Shown piece after piece: positions 11,735 to 25,954 of a stretch of DNA of 64,000 nucleotides. The position numbers and the translations under genes were made by a program. Source of the stretch: Eledone cirrhosa (lineage: Eukaryota); NCBI GenBank assembly GCA_964016885.1, contig OZ024741.1:240932001-240996000 (forward strand), given 5' to 3'. Every line of letters starts with the position of its first letter. Position 1 is the stretch's first letter. The notes under the pieces are model-generated. The model was not told where the DNA came from, made no database searches, and was given only the letters and a program-made list of their open reading frames with translations.

Positions 11735-12575
11735 CCTCTCTCTCTCTTTTTCCTACTCTCTAAATGTTACACTGCAGGTAGATGCTGTGACAATGGTTTT
11801 GTGTTCAAACTATATTGTATGTCTATGTGTATGTGTGTATGTTGGTGTGTTTCTGTAGGCTTGTGTGTCTGTGTGTCTGTACATCTGTGTGTATATGAGA
11901 GTGTATCAGTGAGTGTGTGTATGTCGGTGTGTTTTTCTGTATGTTTGTATCTGTGTATTTGTGTATGTCTACATTTGTGACTATGAATGAGTGTTGGTGC
12001 GTGTGTCCTTGTGTGTGTGTCTGTGTGCAGCTGAGAGTATGTGAATGTGCGTGTCTCTGTGTATGTCTGTTTACGTGAGTGTGTGAGTTTCTGTGAATGT
12101 ATATATGCCACATGTAACAGTGACTGTGGTTCTGTGTTTAGACTGCAGTTTCTGTATATGTATAAATGTCTATGGGTGTATGTATGTGTGTGTATGTGTA
12201 TATATAAATGTAACAATGATAACATAGCAACTGTCTGGGTTGGGATGCTAGCTAAATGCATAACAAAATGTATATGGTGTGTATATATATATATATCATC
12301 ACCATCATTGTTTAATGTCCATATTTCCTATGGGTTAGATGGGTTGTCACATTATGAGACAGGTCAGATCTGGAGACCATGTCTTGTTCATATGGATCTG
12401 TTGTATTTTGGCTTAATTCCTATGGCTGGATGTCCTTCCTAAAACCAACCATGCTACAGCATGGACTGGATGCTTTTTATCGTGTCAGCAGCATGACCAC
12501 CTAACAGTGTGGAGTGGGTGCATCTTATTGTGTTACCAATATGACCACCTTACAGGATGGACTGGGGACTTATAC

Positions 12576-12613
<38 letters not shown>

Positions 12614-12795
12614 TTGCATGCATGTATACATACATAACTACATCCATACATGTGTGTGTGCATGCAGGCATGTGTATTCTTTCCTTCTTTTGCTAGTTTT
12701 AGCCTTTAAACAGCTGCCTTATATATATATATATATATATATATATGTTTGTTTCATTTATTATATATATATATATGCATATGTATGTATATATA

Positions 12796-12880
12796 ATTGT
12801 TTCTACTTTTTGGCACAAGGCCAGCAATTACTCAGTGTATTACTGGTACTTTATTTTATCGACCCCATAAGGATGAAAGG
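12796..12880 (-). mobile_element. SINE family A, 3' fragment
   Basis: aattgtttctac...ggcacaaggccagcaattactcagtg...ttatcgacccc...ggatgaaaggc. Confidence 0.8.
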
Positions 12881-13214
12881 CGTTGGTATGCATGAATGAA
12901 TACAGTAAGCTATAAATTCAGACAACCAGTGATTCCAACTGTTAACACTATCATATATTTTGGTTTCTATTAATTCCCTAGGGAATTGTTTGACCAAATG
13001 CTTTGCTTCTTTGTTTATTTATTTTTTTAAAAAATGTTATACTTTCTCTAGGACTTTTTTGAAAAACATCTTTTGAAAGCAAAACATTGGCCCCTAAAAT
13101 ACTACCGTGGGCCCCCTGGGGCCCACTTTTCATTGGGTAATGTGACAAGCTGGCCAGTCCACCACTGTGTATATATATATATATAATATATGTATATATA
13201 TATATATATATGTG

Positions 13215-13586
<372 letters not shown>

Positions 13587-13834
13587 GTTACCCACTCTAC
13601 TACCCCAAGTATCGGGTACTCTGGTGGGTTATGGTCCACCTGATATTTTACCACACCCTGTCTGATATATATAATATGTATATATATATATATAATATGT
13701 ATATATATAATATATACACAAATACATACATGTACATATATATTTATATATATCATCATCATCATCATCATCATCGTTTAACGTCCGTGTTCCACGCTTG
13801 CATATGTATATATATATGTCAGGTATATATATTT

Positions 13835-14290
13835 GTCAGGTCACCAGTTGGTGCTACTGGTAACATGTATCCAAGTACAACCTGTCTCATGGTCGGGTCG
13901 TTGGCGACTAAACTGGCAACCCCACCAAGGTTTCTTGGTGAGGAGGGTGACTTTGGACATCCTGCAGGACTAAAAACAAAACCTGTCAAAGGGCAAAGGA
14001 GCTCTTAAGAGTCAATGGCCATCCAAAATCACTGGGAGAGATGACCCCTTAGCCTTTGTCAAGGCAGAATTCTAGGAGAAGGAAAACTCTGATATAACAC
14101 CTGCAACCCTGATGGTATCCAATGATGTTGACTTGTTCTTCTTTTTGGTAAATATCATCTTGGTTAAGAGAGTGGGACTGGCTTTGTGCAGTGCCTTTGC
14201 TCACTATAAAAGCTTCGCGGCATTGCTTTATATCTGGAGATCTCTCTGCCCTTGTCATCACATGGTACCATGGGCCCAGCACTATGTGTC
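13835..14290 (+). mobile_element. Interspersed repeat family C (probably a non-autonomous LINE-related element)
   Basis: gtgctactggtaacatgta..caagtacaacc...ggcgactaaactggcaaccccaccaag shared with ~36395-36900 (+), ~24790-24947 (-) and ~62445-62490 (-). Confidence 0.65.
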
Positions 14291-14834
14291 AATAATTGTC
14301 ACAAGTGTAGTGTTTGTACCAGAGTTTTCAAGTCGCTGGCTGGACTAAAAAGTCACACTCGTTCAGTGCATCGGTAGGGAGGGGTTCTCCTACATGGATA
14401 TAAAGTAGTGGCCGTACTCGAAAACGAGTTGGCAGCCACCATATATATATGTATATATATATGTATATATATATATGTATATACACATATATATCACCAT
14501 CATGATCATGATCATTTTTACAGCTGCTTTTCCATGTCTGCACAGGTTGAACAGGTCTTATACCTGCCATTCCCCCTCCCCTCCACTTCCCTTCTACTAG
14601 CAGTTCCTGCAGCTATCCTCAACACTATTGTACTCTAGTAGCTACTTTCTCTACCCCTTGTGGATTCCCCCCACACAACCACCCCTTACCTATCTCTCCA
14701 TCACTGCACTCTATCGACCACATCACCCACACCAGTAAATCTCCTCTCCCCATGCACTAATCAGCCACCCCAACCCCTTACTCATTGCCCTGCCAAATCA
14801 CCACATACCCCTATAACTTCAGATTTAATTGTTA

Positions 14835-15065
14835 ATGTGTTGGACAATCATAATGTCATAATTTTAATTCCTTGGCTGGGTTGTGTGTTATGTTCTTCAT
14901 TTCACATTGCTCTAGCATACTCAGTTGAAAGGGAGTACTAGCAATACCTTACGGTTTAACCCTGCGATGGACTGGCATCTCATCCAGGGGAAGTCTTGTA
15001 CTCTCAGTCAGTTAATGGGAAGGAAACTGGGATAAGCACCTAAAGAGCTACTAGGCTTGGGACAG
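14835..15065 (+). mobile_element. Degraded tRNA-derived SINE (family B-like body)
   Basis: atttcacattgctc...actcag body as at 28706, followed by aaccctgcgatggactggcatc..atccagggg, a motif common in invertebrate SINEs. Confidence 0.55.
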
Positions 15066-15707
15066 ACTATCTTGGTATACATATAGATCAAAGTTTAAAG
15101 CACTATATATTTCTAAATATACAAATAGGCAACTAAATTTCAATAGATTTTAGTTATATTAAACCACTAAATTTTTTGGCAAAGGTTGGGTATTTCGACT
15201 GCTTAATGCCTTATAAAATTTAGTTGAAATAATAAAAAATGTTGAAGTTATGAAATTGTAAGGCTGAACGAAAAGATATAGGATATTTAGATAGAAAAAT
15301 AGTTTTAAACTTGTTAACCATTTTTATAACAACCTGTCTAAAGCTGCTTCTCAATCTATGAAAAAAAAGAGTTCCTATTAAAATGAACATTTTCTAACAT
15401 AATTTGATATAAGAAACATTTTTCTAAATTATGTTACAAATATTTTCACAATGAAACGATTGATATTTTTAGTGACCCCCCACTAAATACTTAAGTAATT
15501 AATTGAAACACAGCCCATTTCATTAGAAATACAGTCATTTAAAGAAGTTCTGAGAAAGAAATTATTTCTTTCAGATTGATATTAAAACAGTATATATTAA
15601 TACATATTAGTATAATTTCTGACGCCGCCCAGTTAGATTATTAAAGAATGTAATGGTGTTCATTAGATTATAGATATTAAAGCTATAGAAGTAAAAATAT
15701 TGTTAAA

Positions 15708-16372
15708 TTAACCCTTTTGATACTAAACTGCCCTTTATTTTAAAATATTTATATTTATATGAAAACTTTCCATCATCATCATCATCATTTTACGTCCACT
15801 TTTCCCTGCTTGCAAGGGTGGGACAGGTCCTATTAAGCACGGCATCTCTCCATTCATCACGGCCCTTTGTCATCTCCTCCGTGAATTCAGCGATCTGAGG
15901 TCTGCTCTCACCACCTCCGCCCATGCTTTGCGTGGTCTTCCTCGACTGTGTCTTCCTTCTACTGGGATTTCTTGGCACTTCTTTACCCAGCGGTCATCCT
16001 CCATGTGCATCACATATCTATACCAATGCAGTCTTCTCTCCCGCATTCTACAGCCTATCCCTCTTATACACAGTTTCTCTCTCAACTCGTCTATGCTTGG
16101 TCGTTCACGCACATTGACATTACACATCCAAAGGAGCATGCTTGCTTCATTTCTCTCGCATATCCTCCACAGCTGCTGCCCATGTCTCACTACCATCATC
16201 ACATATCCATCATAATTTTATATAACAAATTGTTAAATTATGTTCCAGTCACCATGTTAATGAGAGAGTCACTTATATTACCAAATCTCTACAAATCCTT
16301 GAATATTTTCAAAATTAATTGAAAATCATAGAGAGTGGTTTTCATTAAAAATAAGGGTAATGAAAGGGTTGA
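15708..16372. mobile_element. piggyBac-like MITE remnant interrupted by an RTE fragment
   Basis: TTAA-ccctttt...aaaggg-TTGA ends enclosing the LINE piece. Confidence 0.45.
15771..16205 (-). mobile_element. RTE-clade LINE 3' fragment
   Basis: Translation ERNEASMLLWMCNV...LREKL...RERRLHWY..VMHMEDDRWVKKC...VEG..SRGRPRKAW is a typical RTE ORF C-terminus; (ATG)n tail. Confidence 0.9.
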
Positions 16373-16425
16373 AGGAAGTTAAAAAAAATGAATAAACAAC
16401 AGAATAGCTTTAAAAATACACACAC

Positions 16426-16641
16426 TTAACTCTTTAGCATTTAAGCTGGCCATATCCAGCCAGAATTCTGTCACCTCTTTCTGTTCAAATTGGCCATAAC
16501 TGGCCACTCATACTGATGTTAAGGTATTGTTCTCAAAACAAATAATATCAAAATCTCATAGATTCGAGTTTATGTGAGATAAAGTCTTTACTGTGAAAAT
16601 ACAATAGTATATACAGAGTAATGTAAATGCTAAAGGGTTAA
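16426..16641 (+). mobile_element. piggyBac-like MITE
   Basis: TTAA-ctctttagcattta...taaatgctaaaggg-TTAA; TTAA target duplication and CCC/GGG-type TIRs; inverted homologue at 17762-17990. Confidence 0.8.
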
Positions 16642-17046
16642 ACAGGGAGTTATTACAAAACAAAGTTAAACTAAATCAATTACATCAGAGCTATCAAAAG
16701 AATGGACATAACTAAGACTTGCTAGTTGTATATGATGGGAGTTGGGGTGAAATAAGTATATAAAAAGAAAAAAATTATTAGTAAATAATTGAGTAGTGTA
16801 GTTAATACAAAGCATTGTGAGATATATAGTAAATGACCGATAAGTTTTTTTAAAAACTGGTACAATGCAGTAGAAAATAAAAAGGACAAATGATAATGAA
16901 TAAAATAAAACAAAGTAAAGTAATGTTTTATCCAGTGCATTATGGGATATTTCAGGTTTATTATCCCGTTTTCAAATGTGAAGCTGATACAGTCCAAGAT
17001 ATAACTAACAAATGATTTGAGCTTTCTTCTGTAACTCTTGTAAATA

Positions 17047-17255
17047 ATTATTTCTACTTTTGGCACAAGGCCAACAATTTGAAGGAATGGGAAAAGTTGA
17101 TTAAATTGACCTCAGTGTATTACCTGTACTTTATTTATTGACCTCATAAGAATGAAAGGTAAAGCTAAACTCGGTGGTATTTGAACTCAGAATGTAAAGG
17201 TCTGTAACACAAAGCATGTTGTTCGATGCTCTACTGATACTGCCAGTCCACCATC
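17047..17255 (-). mobile_element. SINE family A, near full length
   Basis: Family A body plus box B-like gagttcaaat on the minus strand. Confidence 0.75.
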
Positions 17256-17398
17256 TTCAAAAGTTATAAATAAAATAAATAAACATGTAAAAGACTAAAG
17301 AAGCTATATGGCTTAATGGTTCAAGTGTTGGGCTCATACTTATGAGGGAAAGAGTGTGATTTCTGAAGCAGGCAGTTTCATGTATACTTCAAGGTGCT

Positions 17399-17515
17399 TA
17401 CCGTATATACTCAAATATAAGCTGAGGAATATGACCAAAAATGGGAGGGGTTTTGGCTTATATACACTTTCTAAACAATGTGTTGTTTAGCTATCTTGGC
17501 TTATAAATGGAGTTT
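17399..17515. mobile_element. Tc1/mariner (pogo/Tigger-like) MITE remnant
   Basis: taccgtatatactcaaatataagctgag start with a degenerate inverted cttggcttata...gagt end. Confidence 0.5.
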
Positions 17516-17710
17516 GGATTTTGCCCATTTCTCAGACAAAAAATGACAAGTAATTTTGTGGTACTCTAGTTCACTTAGCTGAGAGAAAAAAAATGAGAAT
17601 TACTACCATCAGCATCTGAAATTTAACCATCTGACAGGCTTGGGAAAGCTTTTGCGAGGCCAGCACTTGCCCATGTAACAAATCTCCTCTTTTGATATCA
17701 CTGATATTGT

Positions 17711-18034
17711 TTAACCCTTTAGCATCTAAACTGATCTTATCCGGCCAGAAAGCTTTTTCTGTTAACCCTTTAGCATTTACATTACTCTATATATACTATT
17801 GTATTTTTGTGGTAAAGGTTTTATCTTACATAATTATCTCACATAATATCGAATCTACAAGATTTTGATATTATTTATTTTGAGAACAATACCTTAATGT
17901 CAGTATGAGTGGCCAGTTACAGCTGGTTTGAACAGAAAGACGTTAGAGAATTCTGGCTGGATATGGCCAGTTTAAATGCTAAAGGGTTAAAATACAATAG
18001 TAAATATAGGGTAATGTGAATGCTAGAGGGTTAA
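17711..18034. mobile_element. Nested piggyBac-like MITEs (inner inverted copy 17762-17990)
   Basis: Two left ends TTAAccctttagcat (17711, 17762) and two right ends atgcta(a/g)agggTTAA (17990, 18034). Confidence 0.8.
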
Positions 18035-18625
18035 GAGAAAGACATGGGCCAATGCTGTTTGGCACCAGTGATGTTTCTGGAAGAATCATAATGTAAAGGG
18101 TGAAAAGAGGTAGCGCAATGTATCTTAGACAAAACTCTAACATATTTGTCAATCCTTGACTTCCATCTGGACTTATTTATCTCCTCTGAAAGACAAACTT
18201 GACTTTCATGGGATTTGAACTCAGAGTGCAAGGACCCATAAAAATACTGTAAAGAATTCTATAGGACACTCTAAGGACTTTTACCAGTTCGCTGTTGTTT
18301 TTATTGTTTTTTGTCTTCTTTTTCAATGTATTCCATCACCATCATGATCATCATGAAACACATCCAATTTCACCACCATACTACCACCACACTATCACTA
18401 CCACACTACCACCACCACTACCACCACCACACTACCCCCACCACCACTACTACCTCAACTACCACCAGCATTAAATCAGTGACAATCTAATTGAAAGTGA
18501 GGAATGAAGATTTTTTAAAAGCTAATTTCAAAATTGGAGTAAAATATAAAACATGGCGTGGGGTGGTGTGGGGTGGGGACGGGGTCGGGTGGGGTGGATA
18601 AATAAATAAGAACTACCACAGCAAT

Positions 18626-18664
<39 letters not shown>

Positions 18665-18919
18665 AAACTGTACCAGGGAACTATAATGGAATGGACTATA
18701 TGTAGAAGTCATTGTTCTTCTGAAGTTCACTTATATTAATGTTGTTGTTGTTGTTGTCTTGGGCAGGGCAATGATCAGAAGGAAGAAGTCATTGAAGAGA
18801 GAGGGGGGGGGGGCAAGAAACGGAGAGAAGTAGAAAGGTAGAGAGTGAAAGAGATGAGTGAGAGGTAGAGAAACAGGGAGGGGTGAAGTGTGTGAAAGAG
18901 ATAGAAAGATAGATAGATT

Positions 18920-18970
<51 letters not shown>

Positions 18971-19026
18971 AGTGAGAGAGAGAGAGGTAGAGAGGGGGGA
19001 AGATAGGTAGAGAGGGGGGAAGATAG

Positions 19027-19065
<39 letters not shown>

Positions 19066-19083
19066 ATGAAGCAAGAGATAGAA

Positions 19084-19158
<75 letters not shown>

Positions 19159-19742
19159 AAGAGATGAATCAAGAGGTAGAAAGATAGATAGATAGATAGA
19201 TAAATAGATGGATAGAGAGAGAGAGTGAGAGGGAGAGAGAGGGAGAGAGGGAGGGGTGAGATTTAGAGAAAGATGAATAGAGAGGGAAATAAAAAGCCAA
19301 TGAGCAGAAAGAGTAACAATGATAGAGAGAGATGGCCTGAAGAATCTGTATGACGGGGGTGGGTGAGAGGTGGAGGCTGAGATAGAGAACACCAAGTAGT
19401 GGCAGGAGAAACATTAGAAGTAAAGATAGACTGAGGAAGAAGAAGAAGAAGAAGAAGAAGAAGAAGAAGAAGAGGAAGGCTTAGAGGCGGGGGGGGGGGG
19501 GGTATAAAAAGAAGAAAATAACAACAACTACAGCAACAACAAAACAGCGAGGGGAAGAAAGGGAAAAAAGGGAAAATGAAGAGAAGTTGATGAGGAAATA
19601 TTATTTGAGTGATTGAAATGGTATTATTGTATTAGTAACAAACAGTTAAGTGGAACTTCTTCTAAACATATGGATGTTTATATATATATATATATATATA
19701 TAATGTGTGTATATATATATATAATGTGTGTATATATATATA

Positions 19743-19788
<46 letters not shown>

Positions 19789-19806
19789 TCTCTATCTCTC
19801 CCTCCA

Positions 19807-19884
<78 letters not shown>

Positions 19885-19962
19885 TATACACATACACATG
19901 ATGTAATAATAGAAAACAATGATGAACAATCACATATATATATAAATCAGTATATATATACA

Positions 19963-20022
<60 letters not shown>

Positions 20023-20054
20023 ACACACACATATGTGTGTGAATATATATACAT

Positions 20055-20128
<74 letters not shown>

Positions 20129-20306
20129 GTAACAATGTTTGGGGTAGGTGGAATTTTACTTTTTAATGTTCTATCACAATTGCCATAATTAGAAGCATTG
20201 CAATGACTACATACTGTAAAGATACACACTTCAATTTACCGTCGTCGCTTACTTAATTATCATTATTATCCTCATTATTATCATTATTACTATCATCATC
20301 ATCAGC

Positions 20307-20359
<53 letters not shown>

Positions 20360-20910
20360 TTTTGCTTTTCACCATTTTTTAGAATATATATATTTGCTTC
20401 CTCTCAAATCAATAGTTACAGCTTTATTCTCGCTCCCAGACCCCACTTCCACAGCTTTACTCTTTCGTTTATTTTGTTATTATTATTATCATTACCATCA
20501 TCATCATCGTCATCATCATTATTATCATTACTATTATTATTATTTTTATTATTATTTGTTGCTGTTTTGGTTGTGTTTTTTTTTTTGTGTGTTTTTTCCT
20601 CATTAAGCTTCTTTTCCTTAGTGAATTTTGCCAGCTCACTGAGTGCTGTTCTGTGTTATGGCAACATATATTTACCTAACAAGGATGACTTCCCTAGTAC
20701 TTCACATCACCCAGAATATAAAATATCGCCATTTTTGAGTGTTGAGTAATGATTGAAAATTGTTCATAAACTTCAGTTTTTGAAGTTAACCATAAATATT
20801 TATCTATATATATATTATATTAACTATTTATTTAGTTAGTTAGTTTGCAAAATCATGAATTACTGTGATAAAATATATATTTATGTCTCAAATTGTTTTT
20901 TGATTCACTT

Positions 20911-21019
<109 letters not shown>

Positions 21020-21020
21020 A

Positions 21021-21208
21021 TACCAGGGTGCTGAAGAGTTCCTAGCTTTGGGTAAAAGGAAGTACAGGAGGTTCAGTTAGTTATGATTTTACAACATATT
21101 CCCATCTCAGATTCACACACTTATTGCAAGTGGTCCTACCTCTCCTGTAAAACTAACAGCTTTACCCTTTCATGAAACCCTAAAGCCAGGAACTTTTCAG
21201 CACCTTTA
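21021..21208. mobile_element. Mariner-type MITE within (TA)n
   Basis: TIRs ggtgctgaagagttcctagctttgggt / accctaaagccaggaacttttcagcacc, TA flanks. Confidence 0.7.
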
Positions 21209-21549
21209 TATATATATATATATATGAGCACACATAACAAGGACAGACAACAGAAATAAAACAAAAAAAAACATTCATTTTCATCAGCTAACAATTAAAA
21301 AATCACAATACAAAAATAGCAAAGTTGCCCACAAATAACCCCCCTCCCCCCTGCAAGAATGTAGAACAAGCATGCAAAAACTTCCACGTTCCTCATTAGT
21401 CACCCAATGGGTGGACTTAATATGTCCAGGTTGTAAGATTGCCCAAAAAGGCCACTAAAAAATGCATATAAAAGCCACATAGAGACAAATGAAAAGTGTG
21501 GAGTGTCTTTTGAATAGACCAGCAAAGAGAGAACTTAAATGATAATAAT

Positions 21550-21750
21550 TGCACAAGGCCAGCAATTTGGGGGAAGGGGAAAGTTGATTATATCGACTCC
21601 AGTGCATTACTGGTGCTTTATTTTATCGACTCCGTAAGGATGAAAGGCAAAGCTAACCTCAGAGGGATTTGAACTCAAAATATAATGGCCATAACTCTAT
21701 ACTGTGAAGCAAGGTGTCTGACACTCTACCAATTCTGCCAATCCACCACC
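21550..21750 (-). mobile_element. SINE family A, near full length
   Basis: Family A body and tRNA-like head on the minus strand. Confidence 0.8.
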
Positions 21751-23111
21751 CTAATGATAATAATAATAAAATATCTTATGGCTGGAACAGGACAAGCTAT
21801 GTTGATGGTAATTTGTGTAAGTGGTAACACAGGAAGGAGAGAAATATATATATAGACTCTTGAGCCTAAATAGTGAAAGAAAGATTAAGTGTTAGAGAAT
21901 GGAGGTTGGATGAGCATGCATCATCAAGTAGAAAGAAGAGCAATCTTTCTTTTGCTATTTAGAAAGAAACAAAGAGAGAAGAGAGAGAGAGCGTTCTGGC
22001 GCAAATAAACACAAGTGTTAATCAAAATGTTATTTTTAACTAATAAATAACTTTTTAGATTGAAAAGTTTCCTGGTCACTGTTACACTGGAAGACACTTT
22101 TCCAAGATGTCACACAGTGGGATTGAATCCTCAAACTACATGATTGCAAAAAATTCTCCTTAGCCACATTGTCATTTTTTGTTTTAAATTATAAAAATAT
22201 ATGTAAATATTTGAAACAATCATAGAATTATTACATTTCTTGATTATAAAATGATTTTATGTTATTTCAAATTCATTCAGTGGGTACTAAATTGAAGACT
22301 TATTGTCTTGTCACCAATTGGGGAGCATATGTGTGTGTCTGTTAACTTAAACATAGTGCTTTGCTGACTTGGGGGAAAAAAAAAAGAAATGTAAGGAAAT
22401 AAGAGTTTAATTTCTAAATTGCATTTCGATTAATTTTGAGGAATGCTGGAAATGTTCTGGGGAAGAAGTAAAGTATGTTTTCCATCAGATAACAACGCTT
22501 CAGAAAGCCTGTAACGAAATAAAAATTAAGGTTTAATTGAGAAGGCTGCGAGTATTGTTGTTTTTCTGTGTTGCTCATTCGTTAATTAACAGAAGTTAGT
22601 TGAAGCTGCTTGTGAAAACCTAATTTATTAATCTTCAGTTCAAACAGTTATTTTTCAGATGTTCACAGCTGAATTTCCTCTCTGTTTACTGATGGGATTA
22701 AAATTTTGCCTTCCATAACACATGTCTGTGAATGATGATCAGAAGCTGTTTTATTCTGAAACACATTAATGTCACTTGGGTCAGTGAGTGGTGTAAGAAG
22801 GGGGATTTATGTTCACAAGAGACCAGAGGTTGGTGCGTGAAAAACATACTGGCAAGATTTTTCTGCAAGTCCAGTTGTAAATGGCATTACAAAATAGATA
22901 GAAGAAGGGTTCGATAAATTTATAAACACTTGAAAAACTATTCAGTACATTAAAGGAAATACATGATATCATCATTATCATTGTCATACTGTATTCATAT
23001 AACGTATACACTATATTGTAAAGTATTATAAAACATACATGCTGTATATGCAATTAATCATAAAAGTTATATATTAGTAAATTCAAAGTGTAAATTTTAC
23101 ACACACATGCA

Positions 23112-23148
<37 letters not shown>

Positions 23149-23340
23149 TTATAAAACCCCTTTTTATTCCAAAAAATCTTTTCTCCTTTTTTATACGTCT
23201 GTGCTGTTTCCATTCTTACATTGTTTCTATAACCTTCGTTTTGTATAGGACTTTAGCCCCTTTTCAACTATATTGAAACACTTGTAATATGTAATATGTA
23301 AATAAGTTTCTACACAAGCTGCAAATCTGACTAATTATTT

Positions 23341-23441
<101 letters not shown>

Positions 23442-23482
23442 CGATATTAATAAATGGAAACTATATTTATAAAACCATATTT

Positions 23483-23545
23483 ATTTCATTATACATATTT
23501 CAGGGATACCACATTAAATTATGGTATGCCTTCATCAGACAAAAT
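23483..23545 (-). ncRNA. Minimal type I hammerhead ribozyme motif
   Basis: Minus strand attttgt-CTGATGA-aggcataccataatttaatgtggtatccct-GAAA-tatgta-TA-atgaaat then AATAAA; downstream 50 bp nearly identical to the 4210 copy; ends in (TA)n. Confidence 0.75.
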
Positions 23546-23865
23546 ACAATATATAACAGTTTTACAAATAGGTTTGACGTACCCTTTAAAATACAACCAT
23601 TACTTTTGGAGGCTGTCTGGATAGTGATTTGTTTATATAATAAGTCATAGTGTTAAGCACAATTAGAAAAAGACGGAGAGAAAGAAAGAGAAAAGAACAA
23701 AGACAGAGAGAGAGAAAGAAAAGAGAAAGAAAACCTGGAGAAATATCGGAGAGAGAGAGAAATGTATGGAGAAAAGAAAGAGATAGATATAGATAGGAGG
23801 AAATAAAAAAGAAAGAAAAGGAAGGAATAAGAAAAACAAAGGAAAGCAACAGAGAGATATCAAGT

Positions 23866-23907
<42 letters not shown>

Positions 23908-23926
23908 ATATGTGTGTGTATATATA

Positions 23927-24690
23927 TCTTCTTGGTTGTCCATCGTAAACGATGATGACATCTTCTTTATATTAGTTCCCGTCTGCCATGGGCACGAAGG
24001 TGGCTGTGGAGGCTGATCCTTGACTTGCAGGTCTGGGGACAGTGGGGGCAAGGAAAGTCTGTCATCCCAGGGTCAGGAGGAGAATGACTTACGTATCCAG
24101 GCCGCCCACGTGTGGGTTTGAGACTGACAACTCCCAGAGGTTACCTCCACCTGTTACCACCGCCTCTCGCCCAGCGCCACAGGGCTGTGGGAGTGCACGC
24201 TAGAGAAGAAACCTGTGCGGGAAAAGTATTGACGGATCCAATCACTCGGCCGCAGAAGCCAGAATCCGGTGGTGCGGAGGACCGTCACGACCAGGTACTT
24301 CCTTGGCTGCAGTGGATGGCCATGACGTCTGTAGTGCCTTGCCATGCCCTAGCACTCCACACCGCTTACTGTTGCCACCTTTGTGACTGTTGGGACGATG
24401 TTGTTTCCTCCACTCACTCCGCCGGGTCCAGTCTTCGCATGCAGGGGCAGGCATCCCCTATCTAACTCACCAGGGAGTTTCAGACCAATCTGGCTACCCT
24501 CAACCAGGTTCAGCCCGCCAACCAAGGCGGTTTACCGGGGTGGGGTGTGGCTGGTGTCGCATGCTACAGCTTCTTGGGGCCACAGGTGAGAGCTGAGTGT
24601 CAGGTGGGACTCAATGCAGGACGAGCTGTCCTGAAAAGGGCATGGCTAGCCCCCCCCCCCCCTACAGAGGTACATGCCCCTCCCTGACAC
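23927..24690 (-). mobile_element. Internally deleted, non-autonomous RTE-like retroelement
   Basis: GC-rich island in TA flanks; minus strand ends gtcatcatcgtttacgatggacaaccaagaaga, resembling an RTE-BovB-type 3' end; no credible ORF. Confidence 0.5.
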
Positions 24691-24945
24691 TCCAGGCATA
24701 TAGACACGTATATACATACACATACATATATACATGTGTATATACATATTTACACATTTTTGGAAGGCCATTGACTCTTATCAGTTCTGCCCTTTGTCAG
24801 GTTTTGTTTTTTGTGCTGCAGGGTGTCCAAAATCACCCTCCTCACCAAGTAAACTTGGTGGGGTTGCCAGTTTAGTTGCCAATGACCCGACCATGCGACA
24901 GGTTATACTGGTTTACATGTTACCAGTAGTACTCAAGAGTGACCT

Positions 24946-24984
<39 letters not shown>

Positions 24985-25103
24985 TATAAACGTTTGTATA
25001 TGTATAATAAAGCCAAAACAATGCAGGTATGGACATAGAATAAAGAATGCAAATGCAAAAGATATTGTTGACAATTAGTCTTTTACCTTAGATTTATTTA
25101 AAT

Positions 25104-25142
25104 GTCCTTAATTTTCGAGATAATATCTCTTCTTCAGAGGGA
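25104..25142 (-). ncRNA. Minimal hammerhead motif (mirror copy in the left arm)
   Basis: Exact reverse complement of 25209-25247. Confidence 0.65.
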
Positions 25143-25208
25143 AGTAAAGCTCTCAAACCAGTGTTCTAAATAGCAAGCTATTTAGAACACTGGTTTGAGA
25201 GCTTTACT

Positions 25209-25247
25209 TCCCTCTGAAGAAGAGATATTATCTCGAAAATTAAGGAC
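25209..25247 (+). ncRNA. Minimal hammerhead motif
   Basis: cct-CTGAAGA-a-gagata-t-tatctc-GAAA-at-TA-agg then AATAAA; helix I only about 3 bp. Confidence 0.65.
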
Positions 25248-25408
25248 ATTTAAATAAATCTAAGGTAAAAGACTAATTGTCAACAATATCTTTTGCATTT
25301 GCATTCTTTATTCTATGTCCATACCTGCATTGTTTTGGCTTTATTATACATATACAAACGTTTATACCTCATTACACAATGCTTCAAGTGAACTATAACC
25401 TCCTCCTC

Positions 25409-25454
<46 letters not shown>

Positions 25455-25691
25455 CAGTATATAGAGAAGAAAACACTTTTCATTTACAAGGGGTAGAGAA
25501 CCATTATAGTGAAGGATATAAGGTCTATGAAAAGTGGAGAAAATACATAATAATTAAGCGGTAAAATTGAAATGTAAAACACCCACCTTTATAACTATAC
25601 ACACCTGGACATTCCCAAAAAAGAGAATGTTTCGCCAAAGTGCTGGTTCGATACCTTCTCAGGGCTTATCAACAGGTGTAAAGAAAGGGTG

Positions 25692-25737
<46 letters not shown>

Positions 25738-25954
25738 CATGATGCTTTGAAAGATTTGTGATTATATTTAGTAGATCTGCTTAAAATTCTACTGGGCACT
25801 TGATTTTAGGTGACAATTTTCATGATATATTTTCTTGCTTACTGCATGGGTTTTTCATAAAAGCTGATGATTGATGAGGAGTGTGAGATTAATATGATGA
25901 TTAATCAGATGCCATCATGAAACTCTGAGTACCGATGAAAAGAGTCTTAGTTGC

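Larger units (their letters stand above)
24983..25368. mobile_element. Perfect palindrome (192-bp arms, 2-nt loop) of a PLE pLTR-like module
   Basis: Arms 24983-25174 and 25177-25368, loop AA, no mismatch seen; starts directly at a (TA)n tract. Confidence 0.85.

Noticed and set aside
22727-22765. C/D box snoRNA (ATGATGA...CTGA with tgtg/caca ends)
   Set aside because: Only ~17 nt between the boxes, too short for a guide snoRNA.
24112-24875. GC-rich island ORFs or CpG-island promoter
   Set aside because: Better explained as a non-autonomous retroelement; the overlapping short ORFs show no protein motifs.
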